A DNA stretch of 64,000 nucleotides from Amphiscolops sp. MND2022 (Eukaryota): positions 54,188,001 to 54,252,000 of the forward strand of contig OZ076418.1 in the NCBI GenBank assembly GCA_964187785.1, given 5' to 3'. This document shows, piece after piece, positions 48,669 through 61,600 of this stretch. The translations under genes were made by a program, and so were the position numbers. Below the pieces are notes generated by a model. It saw only the letters and a program-made list of their open reading frames with translations, was not told where the DNA came from and made no database searches. Positions within the stretch are counted from its first letter, which is position 1; each line of letters begins with the position of its first letter.

Positions 48669-51329
48669 TCCCCGGTAACTGCAATGATGTGGAGTTTCGC
48701 TTTCGCTTGTGTTTGTAGAAAGTCGCCGAGCTTCTCTCGCCTTAAAACTCCATTTTTTTATCCTCTAGGTTTCTATCAGGCTCCAAATGATCATCCAAAA
48801 TTTCCAATTTACCAAACGACCCATACTAAGTTCACATTGTCTTGAATAGTGTAGCCGGCCCATTGCTAGACCCATTGCACCAACTTGCTGCTGTTGTTAG
48901 TATTTTTAAAGAACACATTTGCGTCATTGCCTTTGGTGCGTTGTCTCTGAAATCGTCTAGAACAATTGTATCATCTCGTGTTGCAATCACGCTCAACTGA
49001 GCCCTTTCATTGATTTCATGTTGTAGGTTCGAGTAGGTTCAATCTTCCAAGTTCTTTCTTCGGTCGTTTGCGGTGGCCGTCGCTCAATTGCGTTTTATCA
49101 ATGCCGATAGCCTGGGCCACTGCGTCCATCCCAGTGTTTCCATTACCGTTCCAATGGTTCCACTCAATAGTATCACTCGGGATAGTTTCTTCAACAAGGT
49201 TTTCTTTGAAGTCCAAATCAGTTTTCCTTCCAAAATGTTCTTTCAAGGCTTGTGCTTCATTTTTGGTATTGTCATTCACTGGTTTGTCCCCAATCATCGT
49301 ACCGTGGCAAAGCTTTTGAAACACGGTTGTTCCATTCAAATCTTCATGCAGTGCAAAGTGTTGCTCATGCACAAACCCAAAACTTTTAACAAATTCTAAA
49401 CAATTGTTTCCTACTTCAAGGTGTAGATTACTGTCATGAAACTTTGTCACTTTGAATAAAATCCCTTGTACGTCCTGTAGTACATTGGAAACTTCTGCAC
49501 TCTCTTGCAGCAGTTCAAATTGTACACTCAATTCTTCCGACGTTTGTTTGCCTAATGCGAATGTTAGGCTTCTGAACTCATTCATTGTGTATTCCAAGAT
49601 CTCCTCTGCTTGTAGTATCAAATGCTCACTCATGAACAAGTGAATTGCGTCTTCCAAAACTTGTATGGTATCCACGAGAAGAGTTTCTGAACGGAAGTCT
49701 TGCCAGCCATCGTCTACAACGAAAGTTCCTTGCCAGTTCCACATCTATTCTGCTGTGAGACGCTTCGAGGTTTCTGTTTGCCTCGCCTTCAGCATTTGTC
49801 ACATTTGAATCCTCGTGTGCTTCACGTTTGATAAATTTGTCTGGCAATTTTCCATAATTTGGACACTTGTTTGAACACTTGGTCTGCTCAGATTTAATTT
49901 TCTTCGTTGTGCACGTTTCTTTTGTTGTCCAGTGAGCAAAGGCGTTTCTTATTGCTTGCCCCTAAGTTCGTCTTTTCTTTTCAGCGACTGATTGCGATCA
50001 CTTGAACATTCTTTGCTTGAAGTTTGCATTGTTCGTGTTTGCTTCACAGTTGTCATTGTTGAACTATTTTCAACACTTTCATGGTTCGGGCGCCAATGTG
50101 ATCCCAAAATACTCTTTGAATCAATTTGCCCAAAAGAGAGTTTTTTTTGCGTCTCAGATGCAACTCTTTGCCCGTCGCTCCGTTTAAGCCCTTCTGAGAG
50201 TAAGCGTTTCGCTCACGCAGTAGGTTCCGTAAGAGGCTTTGTTGAAGTCGGGATTTTGATGAAGGTCAGATAGCATAGCTGCGGGCCTTTGCTAGATTGC
50301 AATTGTTTTTGCCACTTTCTGTGATTGTGTCGGTCTCGGCTGAGTTCCATTTTGCGCTAATTCCTTCTATTGGTTGGCAAGTTGTATAGTCCTCGCGCTT
50401 TTTTCTTCGACTTTCGTAATTTCTAGTTCTTCCGCATATGCATCTCTTTTTGTTCCTTCAATGCTTCCAACTCTAGAAGAAGTATTCTTCTTGCATTTGA
50501 TGACTTATAACTAACTGTTGTTCTGTTGCTCTTCGAGGTTGCTTTGACTGACACGTTGTTGCTTTGTTCGGGTAACACTTTCACAACACTGATTAAGTTA
50601 ATCACATCAGAGGGGTTGGATACTCCACCAACCCGTCGTTCTTGATCAGTTACCCTGCTTGACTGTTCCAGTGATTTCTTTTCACTGGTTAATTCCACTG
50701 AGTATTTGCGTTTCGATGGATCAAAGCTACTTTGCCTGAGCTTTCTTGTGTAAGGTCATCTCAAAGCCGCGCTCGAATAGTCTCCACTAGCCATTGGGGG
50801 AAATTTTGTTTCGATTGTCTCGTCTTTTGGAACCCTCAACAATGTCTTTATATCGGGGAACCAATATCCCAGCCGGCTTCAAACTCTGCAAAAAAATCTT
50901 TCCCTTCTGTCACACTTGGACTAAGCTGTCTTTGCGTTTCTTCATTCGTGAGGTCCAGCATAAGATCTAGTTATGCAACAATGCTTGTTTGTTTTCGCAA
51001 AAAATGAATACCCAATCATTCAACTTTCCTTTGCAAAGGATAGCGTCTTCCTCGTCAAGGTTGTCATCCATGTCGTTAACCAGATCCCGTAGTCTTCCAA
51101 CTAGTGTGGGCACAAAATTTTTTCTTTCTGGCTTTCTTGTTCAGATTGCAATATATTGTTTAACTGATGGGTTTCTGACTACACAATTGTTTCTTTATCG
51201 ACTTTGTCACTTTTTCCAAAGTTCATTTTGATAGATCTGAAGTGTCAACTGCTCAACCCAGTAATTGAGTGCCAATGAACAAAGAATCAACCGAACAATG
51301 TCGATTATGCTTGCCTTCTTGACGAACTT

Positions 51330-51670
51330 GAATGTTTCGGTGGATCTTGTACCTCTTACTAGATTCTTAGCTTTACTTGATGGATATACTTGCAGCGACG
51401 TTTTATGTCAAACATTTGCTTTCAATAAAGAATACGTTTCCCAAGGATACAATTCGTCCCAAAACTGGAATTGAAGCACAATTGCATCCAGAGTGCTGCT
51501 AAAGCCCAACTCCTAGAGTATACCAATCCAGTTCCAAATCGCCCAATAGTCCAATGCCAAAGCCCCAGTTCACACTTTCCAGAGTTCCGAAAACCAACTG
51601 TAGACCCAGTCTCCACAGTTTTCGTTGGTCGTGAGTAGTTGCTTCAGATACTTGTCGACCCATGTTTTTC
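51330..51670 (-). pseudogene. Degenerate BEL/Pao integrase C-terminal (DUF5641-like) fragment
   Basis: KTWVDKYLKQL...VLGRIV...NLVR resembles the W..EY.P.L...YPLARI...LVRP tail of the intact BEL ORF in this window. Confidence 0.45.
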
Positions 51671-54600
51671 TTGAAGACTCTCCAAACGAGATGGTCTAGA
51701 TACAGGGAGGTTTTCATCTTAATGAATTCTATGAGTTGATCTAGGTATGTAACAAAAACAACCTGGAGTGGTACTGGAATACTTTGTGGATGGATTGTTC
51801 TTTAATATGTTCAAGAGTTGATTTGAAAAGGGGTTAAAGCTAGTTTGAAATGGGTTTTGAGCTGGACTATTGTCTAGAGTTTTATATCGGATGTAATATA
51901 ATTATGAGTCTAAATATTCTCGTAATAACCGTATTGTATGAATAAAAGGTGCTTCTGTTTCAAATGGAAAAGAAGTTGTATGATGAAAAACAAGATTATT
52001 CACAAATGGTTTAATTTCTTGGGTAATAAAACGTATATTCCTATGTTGAGATAAAAATAAATGAAATGGAATTGGAAGCATTTTTGTATTAGAAGTAAGG
52101 TTGTTTTTTAAAATTATTTGTATATAACAAAAACTTTAGATAAAGTATGGAGATCTTTTGATTGATTACACATGATATAAGAGATGAAAAGTAAAGTATC
52201 TTCCAAAAAGACCAAAAAGAGGTAGTATGATGATAAGAATCATAGAGTGCATAGGAATAAAATGGACAGGAAAATGGCTTGGAAATTGGTTGGAAAGGAA
52301 ACTAAAAATTGCTCAAAGAAGATAGCAACACCTGCAAGAAATCCAAAGAAAAACCAAAGAAGTATGGTAGAACGTTTAAGATCACCAGCTGAAGGCAATC
52401 ATATAATTGATTTTGTATTGTGCTGTGGTGTTTTGTTATGATAATACATGTTGTATAAAATGTAAAAAAGTATAAAATGTGTAATATGGTATAGTACTGC
52501 ATTTACTTTGGATGTATTATAATTTGTACTATAATGTATATATAATTTTGTGTGTAAAATTCTTATACTGTTGTATCTATATCCGTGGCACTGTTTTGAG
52601 GAAAAAAAGAAAAGCATGATTAGAAAGATGTGTGAAAAAATTGTAGAAAAGGAAAGTTTTGTTTATAAAAGGTTTGCCAATTCTAAAAGGGTTGATCCAA
52701 GTGGCTAGAACCAGGGTGTATACTAGCAGTAATCACAGGATACCACTGTAGAGATGCCAACACGTGTCGCACGTCTGAACTTGGCTCGTTGAAACGAAAA
52801 CCATCACGAATCACTTTGGTAGTGGTTGGAACGGAGAAAATTTTTACCAACACGTACCACTGTGTTGGTGGTTGGAACGGATAAACCTTACCCAACACGA
52901 AAAACAATTAATGTGATTGAAACGGGTGAGCGGTTGGAACAGAAAAGCAGAATAACTGACAGGATTTACGTTTAGTTACGTAGACAGAACCATACCAACA
53001 CGAATCAATTTCCAAAGAAATTGGTTGGAGCATTGAGTTAACAGTGGTAGGTGAAGAAAAGAGGAGAGACTGTGTTACGATCAAAGAAACAGCGTATGAA
53101 GAGGTTGTGTGTACATGTGAATGTACCAACAAGAGCTGCGGCAGTTAATGAGCATTGCATGAATTGACAGTCTCGCGTAGAGCGTGCCAAAACCAATATT
53201 CATGTCATGAAAATGTAACACGTGCTTCAATATGTTTTGAAGATTCTGCTGGTGTACATTTATGATTTAATGGGTCCAGAAATAGATGCAGATGAGTTTA
53301 TATATGTTCGATTGGGCACAGTGGATAGAGGTAGTGTAGAAGAAGACATTGTTTGATATTTGATAATTGAGGAGTTAGTAGGTATAATATGAGTATTGGA
53401 AAGTGGCAGAGTGGTAGTCGTATTGAAATGAGGATTAGATCGTAAATTAGATAAGGGGTTTTGTAAAGGTTGTGAGTGATTTGAAGAATGAGAAGTAGCA
53501 TGTGAAGGCATTGGAAATGAGACATTATTTGTAGGCGGTACAAAATGAGTGATATGGATGTTGTATATCGTTCATATTAAATTCATGTAGGTAAGTTATA
53601 TGTAGGTGGAACGTTCGGTATGTTTGTTTGTTGAGGTCTAGAAAGTTTTCTAGTAATTTTAGGATTTAATTGTGGATTGGTATATATTGTATTAAAAATG
53701 AAAACAGATTGCTAAGTACAAGAGGTCTGAACAGGAGTGTATGGTGGTGTACGAATAGTTGTTTGTCTCGTTGTAGTCATTAGTTGAGACAGTTTGAAAA
53801 GAGTTTTGTGCTATGTTTATATTTGTATTCGAAGAGCCTTGTTGTGGAGAATTATGAAGGGTGTTATGTGTAGGAAATTCAAGTACTGAAGTTCTTTGGA
53901 CTTGTTGAGATAATGTTTTTGTGATGTGTAGTACTCGTTTTTTGTGTATTCAAGGTTGATGGGCCTTTATCAGGTAATTGTCACAGGAATGTTAAGTTTA
54001 TTTGAAACTGTAGTAACTGTGAAACTATGTGTTTCAAAAGTAGTTTCATCTGGAACCGTTGATTGTGTTGTTGAACCAGTTCTAAAGTTTCGTCAGGTGT
54101 TTTTTGTGTGTCATGGAGGATCGTTTCATATTGATCTATTGGTAACATACTAACTTTGTCATCTTGATATGGGTTTTCTGAAGAAGTATCGGAAGATATA
54201 TATGGTCTACTGTCAGATGGTTCGGAGTGTTCTGTAATGAAAATGTTGTCAAAGAATACAAATTAAGAAAAAAAGGTATATGTAGTTTCGTAGGATATTC
54301 GTAAAGAAAAAGTTTCTATTCATCTTTGATAATGAATGGCAAGAGATCTGTTTTTGTAAGAGATTGTGGAATTACCATAAGCAGCTTGGTCTTGTTCTTC
54401 CGAATAATTGACAATTAAACCTGAAAAACTTGAACCAGAATCTGTGAGTAAACTTTAGTTTGTGGTATAGTGTCTTGATTGAGTATTTCATTTTGAAAGC
54501 ATTTGTATTAAAACTGAGTGATTTGTTGATTATCTCGTTGTAACCAGTTTTGACTATCTCATGCCTTTTAATCATTGTTTCAAGGATTTGTACTTCGAAA

Positions 54601-55628
54601 TAGTCATGAATTTCTTTAGGACTCTCTAAACGAGATGGTTTGTATAAAGGTTGGCATAAGTTTTCATTGAATTCTACCAATTTGTATAGGTATGTAACAA
54701 AAACAACTTGGATTGGAACTGGAATACTTTGTGGGTGGATTGTTTTATAATATGATCCAGATTTGATTACTGAAACGAGGATAAATTTATTTGGAATGGT
54801 CTAGAGATTTATATCGGATGTAATTTAAGTATGAGTCTAAATATTCCCGTGATAACGGTATTGTTTAAAAAGCATGTGCTCCTGTTTCAAATGGAAGTGC
54901 ATTTGTATAATGAAAAAGAAGATTAATTTGAAATGGTTTAATTTTTTGAGTAATCTAACGTATATTCATTCCTATGTTGAAATGTAAATAATTGAAATGC
55001 AGTTGGAAGCTTTTTTGTATTAGAATTAATGTTGTATTTTAGTATTATTTGTATAAAACAAAAACTTTAAATTAAGGCTGGAAAAAAATGACAACACAGA
55101 ACAAGTATTATTAAATTCCTTACATTTGGTATGAGAGAACCAAGGGTGTAGTATCTTCCAAAAAGACCAATTATGAGGTAGTATAATAATAAGAATCATA
55201 GAGTGCATTGGAGTAAAATAGACAGAAAAATGGTCTAAAACTTGGGTAAAAAAGAAACTGAAAATTGCTCAAAGAAGATAGCAACACCTGCAAGAAATCC
55301 CATGAAAAACCAAAGAAGTATGATAGAACGTACAAGATCACCAGCTGAAGGCATTCATACAATTGATTTTTTTACTGACGACAGTAAAAAGGAGTAAAAA
55401 CTCGAAGAGTTAATTTGAAGCTATAGTCATATCAAATGAAATAGTGGTCGTTTTCATGTATGGATTTACTGCACATGAGGTTTACAATTTCCGTATGAAG
55501 GTTTTTTTTGTGCTTTATTATTGAACACAGTCCGAACCAGACGCGAAAATACCAGCCTGTTATGTAAGAGGTCAAAAGTTGTTGTCAATCATATTAGTTT
55601 TAGGGGTTTCATGCTCTAAAAGGAACTG

Positions 55629-58600
55629 TCAATCATTAGTTGTCACTTGCTTATGTTGTTTGTCAACAACATCCTCCGCCCCCAACGAAGATGTTGGCCC
55701 GAAGACAGGAGCAAGTTTGACCAGCGGACGAACAAGTGAACCGGTAGAAGTTCGCAGCTCAGCGGAGCGGGACACGGAATCGGCCCCATAACGCAACGAT
55801 GTTATGCGAGCGAGTGGATAACAGCCTCGTGGGTTTGCACTGTCGACAATCCACACGAGGTCCCCTGATTTCAGGCTGATATCAGAGTGTTTGTTCCACT
55901 TACCACGCTTATGCAACGATGGTACGTATTCTTTCATCCACCTAACCCATATTGCGTTGGCATAGGCTTGGGCTTTAGTGTACCGTCGGCGGAGATCTGG
56001 TTCATCTCCCGGAACTAGACTTGGTAATGCTTGGAATGATCGGCCTAAAAGAAAATGATTAGGCGTTAGCGCTTCCAATTCGTTCGGGTCGTCACTAACG
56101 GGCGTCAGCGGGCGATTATTCAGTGCTTGTTCAACCAGGCAGAAGGTGGTGTTCAGAGTCTCATCTGTCATTCTACGGTTCCCGAGGATACTGTAGAAAA
56201 CTCTCTTGCAACTCCGGACCATCCTTTCCCAGGACCCACCTTGATGCGGGGCGCTGGGCGGATTGAACTTCCACCGAATACCCTTGCACACGAGTACCGC
56301 TGGCGCGTAGTCATTCCAGCGACGGGTGACCTCGAGGAGCTCTTTCTCGGCCCCGACAAAATTAGTTCCATTGTCGGACCATATAACATTGGGCATTCCT
56401 CGCCGGGCTATAAAGCGTTCAATTCCGGCAACGCACGCACTGGTGTCCATTGAACTAACTATTTCCAGGTGTATTGCTCGGGTGGTGAGACACGTAAACA
56501 GGAACACCCATCTTTTCTCTAAGCTGCGTCGAATAGAAACAAAAAAGGGACCAAAGTAATCCACACCGCAGTTACTGAAGGCTGGCTCCAAATAGCCAAG
56601 CCTTTCTTTCGGTAAGTCGGCCATAATGGGGTTCACGATTGCGGCGTCCCGTTTTCGACAAGGAATGCACTGGTAGCGGATAGTTCGGAGGGTGGCGCGG
56701 ATCTTCAGAATGATGTACTTATGGCTTACTTGGGCTCTTACATAGTCAAAGCCCAGGTGATGGTAACTTTGATGCAGATATATCAGCATTAACTTGATAA
56801 AGGGATGTTTGCCATCAAGTAGTACGGGGTGTTTAGTGTCGTATCCAACGTCTTGAAGGCGCCGGAGTCGGCCCTGTGAGCGCAATAAATTGTCAGGTCC
56901 GATGAAAGGGGAATATGATAAAAGACGGGGTTTACCAGAATTTTGACCTTTGGCAGCCAGGAGATCGTTGGGGAAGGAGTCTACTTGCGACAAGTAGAGT
57001 AGTTTCTTTTTGGCATTCTCCAACTCGCTCGGGTCTTCAATTTTGCCATTGACGGAACGAAAATGACGGTAGCGAGGCGAAAACCGAAGAAGGTAAGCGA
57101 CAATTCGGATGAGCTTGAAGTAAGAGCTATAGTTACTCCAAACTATGACGGGAGAGTTAGGCGGCGACGCTGCTGCCAGCGAGTTGGACTGTAATTCGTC
57201 AGTTGCGCACGTTTCCGTTGGTTTAATAGTGTAAATGGCAGATGGTTCCGGTTCAAACGGCCAGTCGGATGTTCTAAGGAAATTTGGCCCTTTAACCCAG
57301 CAACAACTTGGTAGATCTGTTGCAGCGAGTCCGCGCGTTCCAGCATCTGCAGGGTTATTAGCAGTAGGAACGTGAAACCATTGGTCGATTGTTGTGGTTT
57401 CCAGAATTTCCGCTACGCGGTTCGCAACAAAAACAGGCTGTTTATCTGCTGAAGCAAGCCATTGAAGCACTGTGCTGCTATCAGTCCACATGAAAGACTG
57501 TGGCACATCGAAAGTTAATGCACCGAGGATTTTCTGACGTAAGTGTGCAGCGAGGAGCGCAGCTTGCAACTCGAGTTTAGGAATTGTTATTGGTTTCATA
57601 GGTGCAACACGTGCTTTGCCTACTACAAATGACAAATGCGCAAAATTTGAACCTTGACACTTAGCTCGAAGGAAGCCTACAGCGCAGAAGATGTCCTTGG
57701 AGCAGTCACCGAACATATGCAGCTCAATTTCTTCGACTGGGCTAGAGAAATATGCGCGGGGGATTGTCATGTCTTGAAGCAACGGTAGTCCGGAACACCA
57801 ATCATCAAATCGACGAGAGAGGTCTTCGGGCAGTGGATCGTCCCACTGTTGCCCTTTGAGTTTCCAAATATCTTTCAAGAGCACGCGAGCAACGACGGTA
57901 AAAGGTGCGACAATTCCCAGTGGATCGAAAACGGCAGAGACCGTGCTCAACACAGTGCGTTGTGTGTTGGGTCGATTTTCCTTCAACTTAACGCCTCGGC
58001 TCACATTCAGTGTGTCAGCTTTGTGATCCCATTTGAGACCTAAAACATGCGACGTGATCGTTGGGTGTTGGATTAATTCTTTAACTTGTGGAACAGGAAG
58101 GGACGGTTCAAGTGTTTCAGACAAATCGTTTACGTTACTAATGAACTTTGTTAACTTGAAGCCCCCTAGTTTGAGCATTTCAATTAGCTCTTGGCTCAGT
58201 TTCAAAGCAGTTTCAGGACGCTCAACAGAATCAAGGTAGTCGTCCATATAGAACTTCTGTTGGACGGCTTTTGCGGCAAGAGGATAGGTGGCTTCATTGT
58301 CTCTAGCTGTTTGTTGAAGCGCAAAGTTAGCGCACGTCGGCGAGTCTCTCGCTCCAAAAATGTGTCTCGTGTACTGGAGTGTCTCCACATTCTGTGTGGG
58401 GTCCTCCCGCCACAAAAAACGCAAGCATGTTTGATCTGGAGGAGGCACACCGACCTGAAGGAACATCCCTTCAATATCTGCTGAAACTGCATACTGATAC
58501 TGCCGGAAGCGAAGGAGGACGTTTAACAAGTCTTGCAAGAGATCAGGGCCTGTTAACAGGCAACTATTTAGCGACTTGCCATGAAACTTTGACGCCCCGT

Positions 58601-61600
58601 TTAGTACCCGTCGAACTTTTCCCGGCTTGTTCGGGTTTACCACGGGGTGATGTGGCAAATACCAATCTCGTGAGGAACGGCCTTCTGGGCTAAACTCACC
58701 AACGGGGATCACGTAACCCTTTTGAAGATCATCGTGGACGGTTTTGATATAGTTTGATTTGAGCTCTGGGTCCTTTTCCAGTCTCCGTTCAAGTGATTTC
58801 AGTTGGACCAGTGAAGCGTAGTAATTGTTAGGCAGCGTTACGTTGTCTGTCGCCCACAGCATGCCGACTGAGTATCGCTCTCCATCGTGCACGGTGGTTG
58901 TCTCGAGGATTTTGTTGGCACGCTTGTCCGCAGCAGAGCGAGGGTCAGCTTGAACGCAGGAACCATAAGATTCCAGGTCATACCACGAGACAAACGAAGC
59001 GGACGTTCGCTCAGGTGTTGCACCACATAGAGCCCAACCTAACGGCAGCTGAACAGCCCACGGGTCATTCATGGGGTCACCCTTGAAGGCATTAATTGGG
59101 TGAATAGCATAATACGCGTCTTGACCAATAATGAGCTGAATATCGGAATAATTATAAACGATGGGAGGAATGGGAGCGAGATGCGGATGTTGCTTTTGTA
59201 GTTCCGGTATATCAATGAGCTCCTTTCCGAGTGTCAAAGATTTCGTGAATGGTTTAAGGTCAAATGAAAAGGGAGGATTGGCATACAGGGACGAAACTAC
59301 AACTTCAACACGTTCGGTTATGACTTCTTGATTGGATAAAATGCCACTGAGGGCAACCTTCGAGGGAGAACCGGTGAGAGACAATGTTTTGGCTAGCCTG
59401 TCGGATACCCAAGAGTGAACGCTCCCAGTATCACACAACGCTAAGACTTCCGCAGATCCACAACGACTGGAGACATTCACCAAAACGACAGGTATAAGAC
59501 CCCTTGTGTCAATATCCGTTGCGGCATAACTACAGGTAGACTTACTACCGCTCGAGACAGTAGCGCTAGCTGCATTATTCAACTTCGGTGAAGACGACTT
59601 TTTCTGACGCAATGGATAGATGCGACTTGCGCCGTGCAACAAAGTATTATGCTGCCGTGGATTTTGACAATCTGGAGATGTACATTGTATGTCCTTGCCG
59701 CATTCACTGGCTCTATGTACACCATTGACGCATCGAAAGCAGAAATTATTATCAGCGGCAAGTTTCGCGCGCTGCGTAGGTGTTTTCGCCTTAAATTCAT
59801 CACACTTCCACAATGGGTGCTTGCCTTTGCAACACGGGCAGGGCAAAAATTGGCCTTCCGGGTTGGTCCGTCGCGCATGCCTGGGAGTAGTGGACAAAGT
59901 GGACCCGGTAGCTGCTGCTGTGGCGGAAAAAGACTTACTGTTACTTTTGACTTTGCTTTCTTCGGCTTTTGGCTTGCTTGTCCCTGAGACGTTCATTCGC
60001 TCATGGGCTTCTGCTTTTTGTTTGAGCCAATCGTTAAAGTCGATAAGCGTAGGTCGCAGCATGTCTTTTACTACTGTGTGCATGGACCATTGCTCGCGAA
60101 GATTCGGTGGTAGTTTGTAAACAGCTTGGTTCAACATAGCAGCTCCTCTCAAGTCATTCTCGTAGTTCAGTGAACGGAAAACACCTATAATACCTGCAAT
60201 GAAATTCGCGAAATCAATTATTTGTTCGGAGCTATGTATTTTGACAGGGGTGTAACTAGCTAACTTATCAAAATAGGCACCCACGACTACTTGTGGCTGG
60301 CCAAATTTGCGTTCTAACGTTTTCAGACTATCTCTATAGAACCGTCCAGAGTACGCAACGTCAGCGATTGCTAATTTGGCTTTACCAGTCACAAGAGTTT
60401 TCAGATAGGTGAGTTTCTCGTCGTCCGTCAAGTTAGCCGAGTCGATCGCACTCTTGAATTGACCCGACCACTCATGCCATGACAACGGGTCTCCGTCATA
60501 CTTGGAAAGTGTCCACTCCGGGAGTGGTCCCTTGCGGTTCGATTTCAAGGCTTCGAATAAATTTTGCATTGTGACTCCGGGCTGAGCCACGTTAACTGTT
60601 GAGGCACCGAAAGGAGTAAGGTGACCTGTTGGCGCGGATATTGGCTCAGTATTCGGTAAGACGAGCGTTTGTGTGGGAAAGGGTGAGCTCCCATAATGAA
60701 CAGAACCTTGTGCACGCGGCGGAAATACTGCAGTTGTTGACACGACGTTCGTGTTTGTACAAGCAGTAAATATCGGAGCAGGCCGCGTAGTTGTAAGAGA
60801 CGATGACGTCGTAGCAGCTACATGGTTATTCACCCAAAGAGACATTTTCGGAACGTACGAATTTGTCAGAAGCGAAGACTGTCCATTAAAATTAGGACGT
60901 TGTTGCGAATGCGAAGTGGAGATGGCAGTCGAACCAAAGACGTAGGGTCTCAGTTCTGTCACGGCTTCGGAGTTGAAGTTCAAGTGTTGCTGAAGTGACG
61001 GCACAATGGTGTTGTCGATAACATTAGATTGGTCAGTCGTCGCGTTGTCTGCAAACTGATTCAGGTTATCTTCAATGTGAGTAGTGGGTTTCACATTGTC
61101 GAGGATAGAGCTGGTAGCCTGGTCTAAGCCACGGCTCGCTGGGGGAACGACATCAGTTGGGAGAGGAACGCCCATCTCCCGTTCGGTCTGATTCACGATC
61201 GAGTGCACCCAATCCGCAGTTAGATTACCAGTGCCACCATCCTCATCGTTGACACCCAAAGGCGCCAAATTTACATCATTTGCAACACTTGAATCATCTG
61301 CTAACTCCATTTCGTCTATTTTAAGCTCATTCAATTTGCGGCGTTTTTCTTCAGCAATTTCTTTTAGTCTTAGGTCAAAGCGGTCCTTTTCAAGTTGCAT
61401 CGCAGCTGCAGTTTGACGTTCGGCTTCTTGAGCTCGTAACTTAGTAGCCTCTAGGGCGCGTCGCCGTTGGCTAGAAGTCATGGAAGCAGATCGTGAAGAA
61501 GGTTGTGAATTTTTATGCGAGCGTGAGCCAATGCTTTTATGGGATGGAACAGATTCCGCATCTTCCGTGGCCTTTTCGCTAGTGCCGTCCAAATAATCCC

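Larger units (their letters stand above)
35982..52250 (-). repeat. Arm 2 of the inverted duplication (second copies of integrase, ATPase, EGF-like, protease B, penton B)
   Basis: Reverse-complement match to arm 1: integrase about 35982-36700, ATPase about 37660-38160 (Walker A segment deleted), family B protease 44534-44875(+), family B penton about 45650-46060(+). Confidence 0.93.
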
